DNA from: Holophagaceae bacterium
Lineage (GTDB): Bacteria > Acidobacteriota > Holophagae > Holophagales > Holophagaceae
DNA length: 59,219 bases
Assembly (NCBI GenBank): GCA_025358435.1
Contig: JANYJQ010000052.1
Location: 1 to 59,219, forward strand
Direction of reading: 5' to 3'
Shown here: piece by piece, positions 29,150 through 38,054 of the stretch
Position numbering within the stretch: the stretch's first letter is position 1
How the letters are laid out: every line of letters starts with the position of its first letter
Notes under the pieces: generated by a model
What the model was told of the DNA's origin: nothing
Database searches by the model: none
The model's input: the letters and a program-made list of their open reading frames with translations, nothing else
Translations under genes and position numbers: made by a program

Positions 29150-31225
29150 TCAATAAGCCAGCACTTTCCTCATCCCTGCCAGCACGCGATCTGTGTTGGG
29201 GAGCGTGGCGCGCTCAAGGATGCGGTTGAATCCTACTGGTGTGAACGTGCTGCCCACCCGCTCGATGGGGGCATCGAGCCAGGAAAAGCATTCACTGGCG
29301 AGCTGGGCTGCCAACTCGCCGCCGAAACCGCCGAAGACCTTGTCCTCGTGCACGATGAGCGCACGATGGGTTTTCTTCACGGAAGCGAATATTGTTTCGG
29401 TATCCAGCGGGCTCAGACTGCGGAGATCGATGACTTCCACGCTTCGGCCTTCGGCTTCCAGTTTCCTGGCGGCTTCCAGGGCGAAGTGGACCGGCGTTCC
29501 GTAGGCCAGCACCGTGAGATCGCTGCCGACGCTGCGGACCCGCGCCTTGCCGAAGGGCACCGCGAAATCGCTAGGAACCACAGCCTGGGCCAGTTTCGAG
29601 TTGTAGAGGAATTTCGGCTCCAAGAAAAGCGTCAAGCCCCTGCTGCGCATGGCCGTGCGCAGCAGGCCCGCCGCGTCGTCGGCGAAAGCCGGCACCACCA
29701 CCCGGATGCCCGGCAGATTCGTGAGCCAGGCTTCGACGTTTTGCGAGTGATACAGACCGCCGCCGATGTAGCCTCCGGAGGCCAGTCGGATGGTGACATT
29801 GGGCGTGAACTGACCGTTGGTGCGCCAGTATTCGTGGCTGCATTCCACGATCTGCTCGGCGGCAGGCCAGATGTAGTCGGCGAATTCGGCGCCTTCCACC
29901 ACCACGCGGATCTTGTCATTGAAACGGGAAAAACCGTTCGCCGTGCCCACGATGTAGTCCTCGGCGATGGGCGCATTAAAGACTCGGCCGGGACCGAATT
30001 CCGGTTGCATGCCTTTCGAGACGTTGAAGATTCCGCCCTTTTCCTTGTTGGCCATGTCCTGGCCCCAGATGAAGGTGTCGGGATTGGAGCGGAATTCCTC
30101 TTTCAGCGTCTGATTGAGGGATTGGATCAGGCTGACGGCCTCCCCCGTTTCATGATGGGTTCCATCGGGGAATTTTTCGGAACTCCAGCCCTCGGGGATG
30201 ACGAAATCGAAGATGCTATCAGCCTTCGGATCGGCGCTCTTGATGGCTTTCTCTGAGGCCTCGTTGTAGGAGACGAGGTTTTCGGCCTCGATGGCTTTGA
30301 GCTCAGCTTCATCAAGACCGTTCTTCAGGCAGAACGCGCGGAAGCGCGGCAGCGGATCCGCGGCCTTGGCCGCCGCCAGCTCTGAGGCATCGCGGTACCA
30401 CTCGTGTTTGTCTGAATTGGAATGCGCTCCGATGCGCACGCAGGTGGCGTAGACCATGGCAGGCCCACTACCGGTCCAGACATAATCCCTGGCTTCCCGC
30501 ATGGCCCGCATGGAATCCATGACGTCCAGGCCATCGGCCCTGATGATCTTGAGGTTCTGAAAACCGGTGAAGTTTTCGCAGGCGAATTCGTTGGCGGTCT
30601 GGTCGCGCTTGGGCACGGAAATGCCGTAGCCATTGTCCTGCACCACGAAAATGACCGGCAGCTTTTCACGGTCGGCGCCATTGATGGATTCGTAGCAGTA
30701 GCCCTCGGAAAGAGAGCTCTCGCCCTGACTGCTGAAGACGATGGCATCGGACTTGTAGTACTTGACCGCCCGGGCCAACCCCACGGCGTGCTGGGTGTGG
30801 TTGCCTGTCAGGCTGGATACGTTCTGGATGCCGATTTCGGGCTTGGCGAAATGATTCGACATATGGCGGCCGCCGCTCGCGGTATCCGCCGCTTTGGAAA
30901 TGCCATTCAGGATGATTTCCAGAGGTGTGAGCCCGCCCGCCAGGCAGGTCATCAGATCGCGATAGTAGGGGAAAAGGTAATCCTGGCTAGCGCGGAAACT
31001 GAGGCCCAGGGCCAATTGGATTCCATCGTGGCCGGCGCAGGGAGCGTGGTAGGACCAGCCAATGGCCTGCTTCAGATAGTTGGGAGCCTTGTCATCCAGG
31101 ACCCGGCCCAGGTGCATGAGGGAGTACATCCGTTTCAGTTCGGCTGTACCCGGAGTGGGAAGTTTTTCCGGGCCTCCGCCACCCAGAGCTTCCAGGGCGA
31201 CCCGAATCAGTGTCGGTGTATCCAA
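29150..31225 (-). CDS. Fused 2-oxoacid (branched-chain/pyruvate type) dehydrogenase E1 component, alpha plus beta in one polypeptide
   Basis: The N-terminal half is a TPP-binding E1-alpha and the C-terminal half is a transketolase-like E1-beta. TTG start with GGAGG 6 nt upstream. Confidence 0.85.
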   Translation of the reverse strand: MDTPTLIRVALEALGGGGPEKLPTPGTAELKRMYSLMHLGRVLDDKAPNYLKQAIGWSYHAPCAGHDGIQLALGLSFRASQDYLFPYYRDLMTCLAGGLTPLEIILNGISKAADTASGGRHMSNHFAKPEIGIQNVSSLTGNHTQHAVGLARAVKYYKSDAIVFSSQGESSLSEGYCYESINGADREKLPVIFVVQDNGYGISVPKRDQTANEFACENFTGFQNLKIIRADGLDVMDSMRAMREARDYVWTGSGPAMVYATCVRIGAHSNSDKHEWYRDASELAAAKAADPLPRFRAFCLKNGLDEAELKAIEAENLVSYNEASEKAIKSADPKADSIFDFVIPEGWSSEKFPDGTHHETGEAVSLIQSLNQTLKEEFRSNPDTFIWGQDMANKEKGGIFNVSKGMQPEFGPGRVFNAPIAEDYIVGTANGFSRFNDKIRVVVEGAEFADYIWPAAEQIVECSHEYWRTNGQFTPNVTIRLASGGYIGGGLYHSQNVEAWLTNLPGIRVVVPAFADDAAGLLRTAMRSRGLTLFLEPKFLYNSKLAQAVVPSDFAVPFGKARVRSVGSDLTVLAYGTPVHFALEAARKLEAEGRSVEVIDLRSLSPLDTETIFASVKKTHRALIVHEDKVFGGFGGELAAQLASECFSWLDAPIERVGSTFTPVGFNRILERATLPNTDRVLAGMRKVLAY

Positions 31226-31528
31226 CCTCGACCTCCATCCATGGCCCCCGAACGGTGCCGCAGAGAGTCATCATCCCATGATCGAGGCCTGGCCTCAAAA
31301 GGCCGCACCGGTTGATCAGCTTCTAGAGGCCCTAGGGCACCCTGTTGGACCGATTGAAAGTCCATGGAGGTGGCTCGAACAGAGTCATGATCCCCCTATG
31401 CTAGAGGTCAGCGGGAATGATGTGGATCATTGCCTTATTGCAGAGGGCCGACACTACGGAATTCTTCCTCCTGGATGTTGTGTATAGCCGCTTGGGGCTT
31501 GTCTGTTGCGACCGGTCTTAGAATCCGA

Positions 31529-32572
31529 TCAAGGGTTCTCCACATCCTCGGGCCGCAGGAACCGCCAGGTGAAGGACATGTCCGGTTTCTGTTGGCTTTC
31601 TTTCAGCGCCATTTCGCAGCGATGCTGGGCCATATTGAGCTGGACATCATCCAGCTCGGTTTCCCAGAACGTACCGCCCATGGCAATCTCGCCCATGTCT
31701 TCCCGGATGCGTTCGATCAGGATCTCAGCACCATTTTGAGGGGTATGCGGCAGAAGCAGGAGGAACCGGTCCCGGCCAATATCCACCAACAGATCCTCAC
31801 CCCTCAGGCTTGCTGAAATGTGGCCATGGATTTTTCGCCTTCTCGGAGATTCGGGCCAATGCCAAAGCACCACCGCCATGGGCTCGCCCCGGCGCCGGGC
31901 CATAAACAGGTTCGCCCGCAGCCAGACTTCCAGATAGCGCTGATTGGGCAGTCCGGAAGTGGGGCTTTGCAGCGCGCTGTCCTCCACCACCGCCGAGGTC
32001 AGATCCAAGCTGTCCCTGGTGAGGCGCAATTCGTGTTTCAGCGCCTCCACTTCCAAGGTCCGGCTCAACAGATTGGCCACGGCGTTCACCAGGGCGATGG
32101 AGCTTCTGGAAAAATCCTTGGGTTCCCCATGCTGGACCGAAAGCACGCCGATGGGACGGCCACCCTCCCGCAGGGCTGTGCCGATGTAGGAGCAGATCCC
32201 CAATTCCATATAACCAGGCTCATGGGACCAGTGGGAATCCTGCTCGGCATTCTTGATCACAAGAGAACGGTTGGGGCGTTCCAGCACGCGAGGACAGAAA
32301 CTCCGCTCCGGTTCATGGATCGGGCTAGACAGGCCAGGGTTTTTTGCCTCGGCCCACCAGAAGGTTTCCAGACCCAGATTCGTATGGCGCACCATGACGG
32401 CGCGGTCAACCTTCAGCTGCTTCACAAGCAGTTTGAGACAGTGGCCAAAAAGCTGGGTGGCATCCGCGGAGGATTTTTCAAGAATGGAAGACAGGGCATT
32501 CAGATGATCTTCGGCCTCCTCGTGGTTGCGGTGCCTCGGGCCCACTTGGATGGCCTCGAACTCCGACTCCAT
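31529..32572 (-). CDS. GAF-domain protein with a degenerate GGDEF domain
   Basis: GAF-like N-terminal half (IGVLSVQHGEPKDF). The C-terminal GGDEF fold carries GRDRF in place of GG(D/E)EF (LVDIGRDRFLLLLP). Confidence 0.7.
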   Translation of the reverse strand: MESEFEAIQVGPRHRNHEEAEDHLNALSSILEKSSADATQLFGHCLKLLVKQLKVDRAVMVRHTNLGLETFWWAEAKNPGLSSPIHEPERSFCPRVLERPNRSLVIKNAEQDSHWSHEPGYMELGICSYIGTALREGGRPIGVLSVQHGEPKDFSRSSIALVNAVANLLSRTLEVEALKHELRLTRDSLDLTSAVVEDSALQSPTSGLPNQRYLEVWLRANLFMARRRGEPMAVVLWHWPESPRRRKIHGHISASLRGEDLLVDIGRDRFLLLLPHTPQNGAEILIERIREDMGEIAMGGTFWETELDDVQLNMAQHRCEMALKESQQKPDMSFTWRFLRPEDVENP

Positions 32573-32856
32573 GGGTGCCTCCTGAAAACCTGATCAACCA
32601 ATACCTACTGAGAATACTAGTCCCTTAGATGTCCAAGGGAACTGGGATGTTCTAAGAAAAATAAGGTATGAAATATTAGTTTCGCGGAAATTGATTTGGT
32701 GCGCTGATCTTCTTCCGGACCCCGGATGACCTGCGGACAGGCCGCTGGACTCCACTGAGTAACGGATAACCAGCAGATTCGCGTCCACTTCCTCTCGGTA
32801 TGGTCTTGGCATCCAAGAGAGCTCAAAGGTCTTGATTCAGACCAGGTGAAAGCCCA

Positions 32857-33402
32857 TTAGTAGCTGATCACCCGTAAATTGGGGTCGACTTCCTCCTGCA
32901 ACATCCCTTCGATGTACCGCAGAGTGCCGCTGGTCGAGCTGGGGCAGGCGCCACAGGCGCCGTGGTAGGCGATTTGCAAAACCGCCCCGTCGAAGGAAAT
33001 GACTTCCAGACCGCCGCCATCGCCGGCGAGGCCCGGACGGATCCGGTTGTCCAGAAGGTCATTGATTTTTCGCAGCGTCTCGTCGTCACCTGCATCCGGC
33101 CCCGCCGCGATGTGGCCGCCCACGGAGGCTTCCTCGGTCTTCAAATCCTCAATCACCTCGCAGATGGGGTCGATGAGATCGGTCCATTCGGAGCCGCTTT
33201 CCTTGTTCACCGTGACGAAGCGGTCCATGTAGAAGACAGACGTCACCTTGCCCAGCGCGAAGATGCCCGAAGCCAGCGGGTCCCCGACGGCTGAAGCGAA
33301 ATCCTTGAAGCTGCGGGTGCCGCTGCGCAGGATCGCGGGCTGCACGATGAATTTCAGCGCATCGGGATTCGGCGTGGGCTCGATGTTGATGACCTTCGGC
33401 AT
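32857..33402 (-). CDS. Nfu/NifU-type Fe-S cluster scaffold or carrier (Nfu_N plus NifU C-terminal domain)
   Basis: IEPTPNPDALKF N-domain and a CxxC C-domain (GACGACPSSTSGTLRYIE). Confidence 0.9.
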   Translation of the reverse strand: MPKVINIEPTPNPDALKFIVQPAILRSGTRSFKDFASAVGDPLASGIFALGKVTSVFYMDRFVTVNKESGSEWTDLIDPICEVIEDLKTEEASVGGHIAAGPDAGDDETLRKINDLLDNRIRPGLAGDGGGLEVISFDGAVLQIAYHGACGACPSSTSGTLRYIEGMLQEEVDPNLRVISY

Positions 33403-33508
33403 GACCAGCTCCAGCTCAATAGGTTACCGCTCCGGTCAAGATTAAGCGATGGCAAAACGAAGTGTGATTCCCTGGGTCCGGTATGGTTCATTGGAGGCAT
33501 GGTGATCC

Positions 33509-34291
33509 ATGTTTGATGCCCAACGAGAAGCTTGCGTGGATGCCGCCCGGGTGGGCGGTGAGGTGCTGCTGCGCCACTTCCGCAGGCTTGAACCGGGATC
33601 CATCCATGAAAAGACGAAGAACGATTACGTGAGCATCGCGGACAAGGAAGCTGAAGCGGCCATCCGCGAAGTGCTGGATTTCAGGTTTCCGCAATACGGT
33701 TTTCAAGGAGAAGAGGGCGGTTCTTTCGGGGACACCGAGCGGCGCTGGATCGTGGACCCCTTGGATGGCACCTTGAATTTCATCCAGGGCTTTCCCCACT
33801 GGTGCGTCTCCGTAGCCCTGTGGGATGGGGATGGCGGGGTCGTGGGATGTGTGCTGGACCCCTTGAAGGGCGATGAATTCGTCGCGGTGCGCGGCATGGG
33901 GGCTACCTGGAACGGCAAACCCATGCATGTTTCAGCACAGCCTGGCATTGATGGCGCTTTTCTCGCGGTGGGTTTCGCGTATCAACTGGGCGATCGCTTC
34001 CCGATCTTTTTGGAGGCCTTTCGTAACATATTCCCCAGAGCCAAAGGCATGCGCCGGGCGGGTTCAGCCGCCTTGGATCTGGCCCATGCGGCAGCCGGGA
34101 TCTTCGACGGTTATTTCGAGATGGGCCTGAAACCCTGGGACATGGCTGCGGGAGCGCTGCTGGTGCGGGAAGCCGGCGGCAGCATCAGTGACTGGCAGGG
34201 CGGCGAAACCTGGTTCGAAAGCGGCGACGTCGTGGCCGCGGCGCCGGGCGTGCAAACGGAATTGGTCAGGGCCATGAGGACCCATAGCTGA
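33509..34291 (+). CDS. suhB: Inositol monophosphatase family protein (SuhB-like)
   Basis: WIVDPLDGTLNFIQGFP and the WDMAAG motif. Confidence 0.9.
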   Translation: MFDAQREACVDAARVGGEVLLRHFRRLEPGSIHEKTKNDYVSIADKEAEAAIREVLDFRFPQYGFQGEEGGSFGDTERRWIVDPLDGTLNFIQGFPHWCVSVALWDGDGGVVGCVLDPLKGDEFVAVRGMGATWNGKPMHVSAQPGIDGAFLAVGFAYQLGDRFPIFLEAFRNIFPRAKGMRRAGSAALDLAHAAAGIFDGYFEMGLKPWDMAAGALLVREAGGSISDWQGGETWFESGDVVAAAPGVQTELVRAMRTHS

Positions 34292-34310
34292 TGGCGGCAG
34301 GCGCCAGGAT

Positions 34311-34610
34311 TTGGTCCGCAAGTTAGCGATTGCCGATTTTCGATTGCAGATCTGGCGTCGTCCAGTGGTGTATGCGATCAGAAGGCCCTACGCTGGAGGG
34401 GTGCGCCGCTCGGACCCCCTTCCCTCTCCTGCTGAGGCCCTGGCCCTCTGCGATCAACTGTATCGGGAGGGTACTGGGCTGAAGTTGATGAGTCACCTTT
34501 TGCCGGCAGGGGCTAGCGATGCAGAGATTTTACGATTCCGGGATCGCTTGAAGAGGCTGCAAAGACGCCCAAGCCGATGCATGGCCGAACAGGAAGAAGG
34601 AGAGGGCTGA
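34311..34610 (+). CDS. Small hypothetical protein (up to 99 aa; true start uncertain) coupled to the downstream nucleotidyltransferase-fold gene
   Basis: Its TGA stop overlaps the next ATG (TGATG at 34608-34612). Helical, Arg-rich C-terminal part (DAEILRFRDRLKRLQRR). No family recognised. Confidence 0.3.
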   Translation: MVRKLAIADFRLQIWRRPVVYAIRRPYAGGVRRSDPLPSPAEALALCDQLYREGTGLKLMSHLLPAGASDAEILRFRDRLKRLQRRPSRCMAEQEEGEG

Positions 34611-35128
34611 TGCTCGATACCCGCCTTACTTCCATGCTGGACCGCAATGACATCACCTATTGCCTCATCGGTGGATTGGCCATGGCAGCCTGGGGCGTGG
34701 CGCGGTATACCGCAGACGCGGACTTGCTCACGCTGGACCCGCGCATCCTCAATCCCGCACTCTGGTCGGGCTGGGAAGGCGAGGCACCTCGTATTACCAA
34801 AGGGGACTTTGAAGATCCCCTTGGTGGCGTGGTCCGATTCCCTGGCCCCCCACGCCAGGACCTGATCCTGGGACGCGGTGCGTCTGCCCGCTTGGCCCTG
34901 GAATCCTGCGAACAATCCGAAGCCTTCCCCTGCCCGGTAGCCTCTCCCCTTGGCCTCATTCTGCTCAAGCTAGAGGCCACCAGTCCCCAGGATGCCGCTG
35001 ACATCCTTGCCCTTCTGGCCAATGCTGAGGCCTTGAGCCGGCCCTCTCTCAAGGCCCAGGTCGAGTCCCTCGTTCTCCAGCTCACGCATGATGCACAAGT
35101 TTTCTGGAAGAAAATCTCCCAGCTCTGA
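34610..35128 (+). CDS. Minimal nucleotidyltransferase-fold protein (172 aa)
   Basis: G-G-x9-13-D-x-D signature (YCLIGGLAMAAWGVARYTADADLL) and a helical C-terminal half (LILLKLEATSPQDAADILALL) reminiscent of small NTases or the AbiEii-like C-terminus. Confidence 0.55.
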   Translation: MLDTRLTSMLDRNDITYCLIGGLAMAAWGVARYTADADLLTLDPRILNPALWSGWEGEAPRITKGDFEDPLGGVVRFPGPPRQDLILGRGASARLALESCEQSEAFPCPVASPLGLILLKLEATSPQDAADILALLANAEALSRPSLKAQVESLVLQLTHDAQVFWKKISQL

Positions 35129-35254
35129 CCCGTTTCCTTTCACGTCTCTAGCGTGTATCGGGAATTCAGACGGCTCATATCGATGGCACGGGTGTTCGGA
35201 GCCTGGAGCCTGGATGTTTCGGCTGGCCGATGGGAGAAGCGATGCCGATGGCCC

Positions 35255-35288
35255 CGCGACTCTCAACTCTCGACTCTCAACTCAGGAC
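35255..35288. repeat. Heptamer tandem repeat, copy C (CGCGAC TCTCAAC TCTCGAC TCTCAAC TCAGGAC)
   Basis: Five contiguous units in the spacer upstream of the M1 aminopeptidase gene. Confidence 0.7.
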
Positions 35289-35365
35289 TTCGCCGGGCAC
35301 GCCCCATAGTCCCTCAAGTGTAAGAATGGACTTCACTGCGATCCTAAATTCCCAAGGAATCCTTC

Positions 35366-37276
35366 ATGCACATTCGTTGTCTGCTTCTGGCCGGATTGAC
35401 CTCATTGCTTTTCGCCCAGGACCAGGACCGCCGTCCCACCCCATTGCCCATGCCCACTGTTGGAAAAGCCATGGACAAACTGGAAGCGGCGAAGGATTTC
35501 CACTCCTACGCCAATCCATCCGCGGTGCTCACAACTCACATCGCCCTGGACTTGAAAGCCGACTTCGAAAAGCGCGTGCTGATGGGCACGGCGACGCTTC
35601 AACTGAAGCTGGTGGACAAATCAGCGGACCATGTGGACCTGGACACCCGCAACCTGGAAATAGAAAAGGCAGAAAGCTCCAGGGACGGCAAAGCCTGGAG
35701 GATCGAAACCCACACCCTCGCGGCAAAGGAGCCGATTCTAGGTTCCAAGCTCACCGTTTCTCTTTCCAGAGAATCCCGGTTCCTGCGCGTGAGCTACCGT
35801 ACCAGTCCTGGTGCCTCGGGGCTTCAATGGCTGACGCCTGAGCAGACCGCGGGCAAGAGCCTGCCCTTCATGTTCAGCCAGAGCCAGGCCATCCACGCCC
35901 GCTCCTGGGTGCCCTGCCAGGATTCTCCACGCATACGGATCACCTATTCCGCCGTGATCCACACGCCGAATGAACTTCGAGCCGTGATGAGCGCCGACAA
36001 CAATCCGAACGCCAAGCGGACGGGCACCTATCGCTTCACCATGCCCAATCCAATCCCAAGCTACCTGATGGCCATCGCCATCGGCGACCTGGATTTTCGT
36101 TCCTTGGGAAAACGCACCGGCGTCTATGCGGAACCCTCTGTCCTCCCCAAGGCGGCCAAGGAACTGGAAGACACCGAAAAGATGGTGGCGGCCACCGAAA
36201 AGCTCTATGGGCCTTACGCCTGGGGCCGCTACGACATCCTGGTGCTGCCGCCGTCCTTCCCTTACGGCGGCATGGAGAACCCGCGCCTGACTTTCGCCAC
36301 GCCCACCATCCTGGCGGGGGACAAAAGCCTGGTCTCCCTCATCGCGCACGAACTGGCCCACAGCTGGAGCGGGAACCTGGTGACCTACGCCACCTGGAAC
36401 GATGTCTGGCTCAACGAGGGTGTCACCACCTACGTGGAGCGCCGCATCGTGGAAGCCGTCTATGGCCGCCACCAAGCTGAAATGGAAGCGATGCTGGGCC
36501 GCCGGACTTTGCAGCACCTGGTGGATACCCTGCCGGCAGGCGACACGGCGCTGTGGTTCTCTATGAAAGGTCGCGATCCCGACGAAGACACGAGCGAGAT
36601 CGCCTATGAGAAAGGCGCCCTGTTTCTTCGAACTCTCGAAGAAGCCTATGGACGCAAGTCTTTCGATACCTTCCTGCGGGCCTACTTCCATCGCTTCGCG
36701 TTTCGAAGCATCACCACCGCGGAATTCGAGGTGTACTTTCACAATCACCTGCCGCAGGAGCCCCCGGAGAGGAAGGTTCCGGTGCCAGTCCAAGCCTGGC
36801 TCTATTCGCCTGGCGTGCCAGAGGGTGCCGCGGTGCCTCAGAGTGATGCCTTTGAATTGGTCGAGTCCAGGATGAAGCCCTGGCTTGAGGGAAAGGCAAC
36901 GGCCTCGTTGATCGGGGTACAGAAATGGTCCACGCAGGAATGGCAGCATTTCCTTCAGAAGCTGCCGGAGAGCCTCAGCCCGATCCGGATGAATGAATTG
37001 GACGCGGCCTTTCATTTCACGGATTCAGGCAACGCCGAAATCGCCTTCCTTTGGCTGCAACTCTCCATCCGCCATGGCTACGCGCCGGCGGATGGCAGGC
37101 TACAGGCCTACCTCACTGGCATTGGCCGCAGAAGATTCATCCTTCCTCTCTATTCGGAATTGGCGAAGACACCGGCCGGCAAGCGCCGCGCCCTGGAAAT
37201 CTATAAGCTGGCCCGCCCTGGCTATCACCCGCTCGCGCAAACCTCCATTGATCAAGTGTTGGGGTATAACGAATGA
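35366..37276 (+). CDS. M1-family zinc aminopeptidase (leukotriene A4 hydrolase-like), secreted
   Basis: Signal peptide. GGMENP, HELAHSWSGN and WLNEG motifs. Leuk-A4-hydrolase-like C-terminal domain. Confidence 0.9.
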   Translation: MHIRCLLLAGLTSLLFAQDQDRRPTPLPMPTVGKAMDKLEAAKDFHSYANPSAVLTTHIALDLKADFEKRVLMGTATLQLKLVDKSADHVDLDTRNLEIEKAESSRDGKAWRIETHTLAAKEPILGSKLTVSLSRESRFLRVSYRTSPGASGLQWLTPEQTAGKSLPFMFSQSQAIHARSWVPCQDSPRIRITYSAVIHTPNELRAVMSADNNPNAKRTGTYRFTMPNPIPSYLMAIAIGDLDFRSLGKRTGVYAEPSVLPKAAKELEDTEKMVAATEKLYGPYAWGRYDILVLPPSFPYGGMENPRLTFATPTILAGDKSLVSLIAHELAHSWSGNLVTYATWNDVWLNEGVTTYVERRIVEAVYGRHQAEMEAMLGRRTLQHLVDTLPAGDTALWFSMKGRDPDEDTSEIAYEKGALFLRTLEEAYGRKSFDTFLRAYFHRFAFRSITTAEFEVYFHNHLPQEPPERKVPVPVQAWLYSPGVPEGAAVPQSDAFELVESRMKPWLEGKATASLIGVQKWSTQEWQHFLQKLPESLSPIRMNELDAAFHFTDSGNAEIAFLWLQLSIRHGYAPADGRLQAYLTGIGRRRFILPLYSELAKTPAGKRRALEIYKLARPGYHPLAQTSIDQVLGYNE

Positions 37277-37289
37277 ACCTGGATGGCCC

Positions 37290-37994
37290 ATGTTGCTCTG
37301 GCTGAAAAAAAGACTTGGCGCTCCCCGGCGGCCAGGCGACTTTGCGGAGCCCGTGGAGCCCCCGCTGGTCGCTAATTCCCCGGGTTTCCAAGTGAACTTT
37401 GTCGCGGGAAGCACGGCGCCCAAACTCCGGGGGGGACTGCGGTTCCATGCGAAGCTCTACCTCTGGACACCCCTTTCGGTGCTGCAATCCCATGGCCGCT
37501 TTGCGGCGGAAGGTTCTGCCCCCACAGTGGAAGAAATCCCGATTGAATTTGGAACCTGGGTTTCTGAACCCGCGGCTCCGGCTGGCTGGGAGCCCCTTGA
37601 GTTGGATGAGGAGAGCGATGTCGGTCCCGTGAAACCATCGCTGATCCTGCCCTTCCTCAAAGCCTTCCGCGGCATCGCAGAAAGTGGTCTGGAACCCATC
37701 GAACAAGGGCGCAAATTCAACCGCATGCACCTTCAAAACCCCGCATGGAGCCCCTTCGTGGCGGCATTAAGGCGTCCGAGCGATATCCACCCCGAGGGGG
37801 CGCCGGACCTGGCTTCAGTGTGGTTCTGTCCGCACCTCGAAGCCAAGGTGAAAGGCGTCGGCCCAAAACTCGCCGCGGCCCTTTATCAAGCTGGCTTCCT
37901 GACGCCAGCGCAAATTCAGAAGGCGACAGACGATGAATTATTGGAAGTTCATGGAATCAATAGGGGAACGCTGAGACGGATGCGGCAGGGCTGA
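37290..37994 (+). CDS. Hypothetical protein with a C-terminal helix-hairpin-helix motif (234 aa)
   Basis: The in-frame ATG at 37290 follows the aminopeptidase stop. The C-terminus GVGPKLAAALYQAGFLTPAQIQKATDDELLEVHGI is HhH-like. The rest is unrecognised. Confidence 0.45.
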   Translation: MLLWLKKRLGAPRRPGDFAEPVEPPLVANSPGFQVNFVAGSTAPKLRGGLRFHAKLYLWTPLSVLQSHGRFAAEGSAPTVEEIPIEFGTWVSEPAAPAGWEPLELDEESDVGPVKPSLILPFLKAFRGIAESGLEPIEQGRKFNRMHLQNPAWSPFVAALRRPSDIHPEGAPDLASVWFCPHLEAKVKGVGPKLAAALYQAGFLTPAQIQKATDDELLEVHGINRGTLRRMRQG

Positions 37995-38054
37995 TCATCC
38001 TCTTGGAAGCAGAACGGGGCAGTTGATTTTTTCACCGGCCCGAAAATGTTGAAT

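Noticed and set aside
31356-31363. A GAAAGTCC motif in the 300-nt spacer upstream of the E1 gene, reminiscent of the RNase P RNA P4 region. I also looked for tmRNA or tRNA-like T-arms (for example CCGGGTTTGAATCC on the minus strand at about 39473-39487, and TTCGATTCCCGG at about 56658).
   Set aside because: The flanking sequence lacks the other conserved RNase P blocks, and the spacer is too short. The T-arm-like strings have no complementary stems or acceptor arms.
35184-35199. Sigma-54-like promoter element TGGCACGGGTGTTCGG upstream of the M1 aminopeptidase gene.
   Set aside because: The -12 element is TTCG rather than TTGC. No enhancer-binding-protein gene is nearby, and the site lies ~170 nt from the start codon. 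The match is too weak to report.
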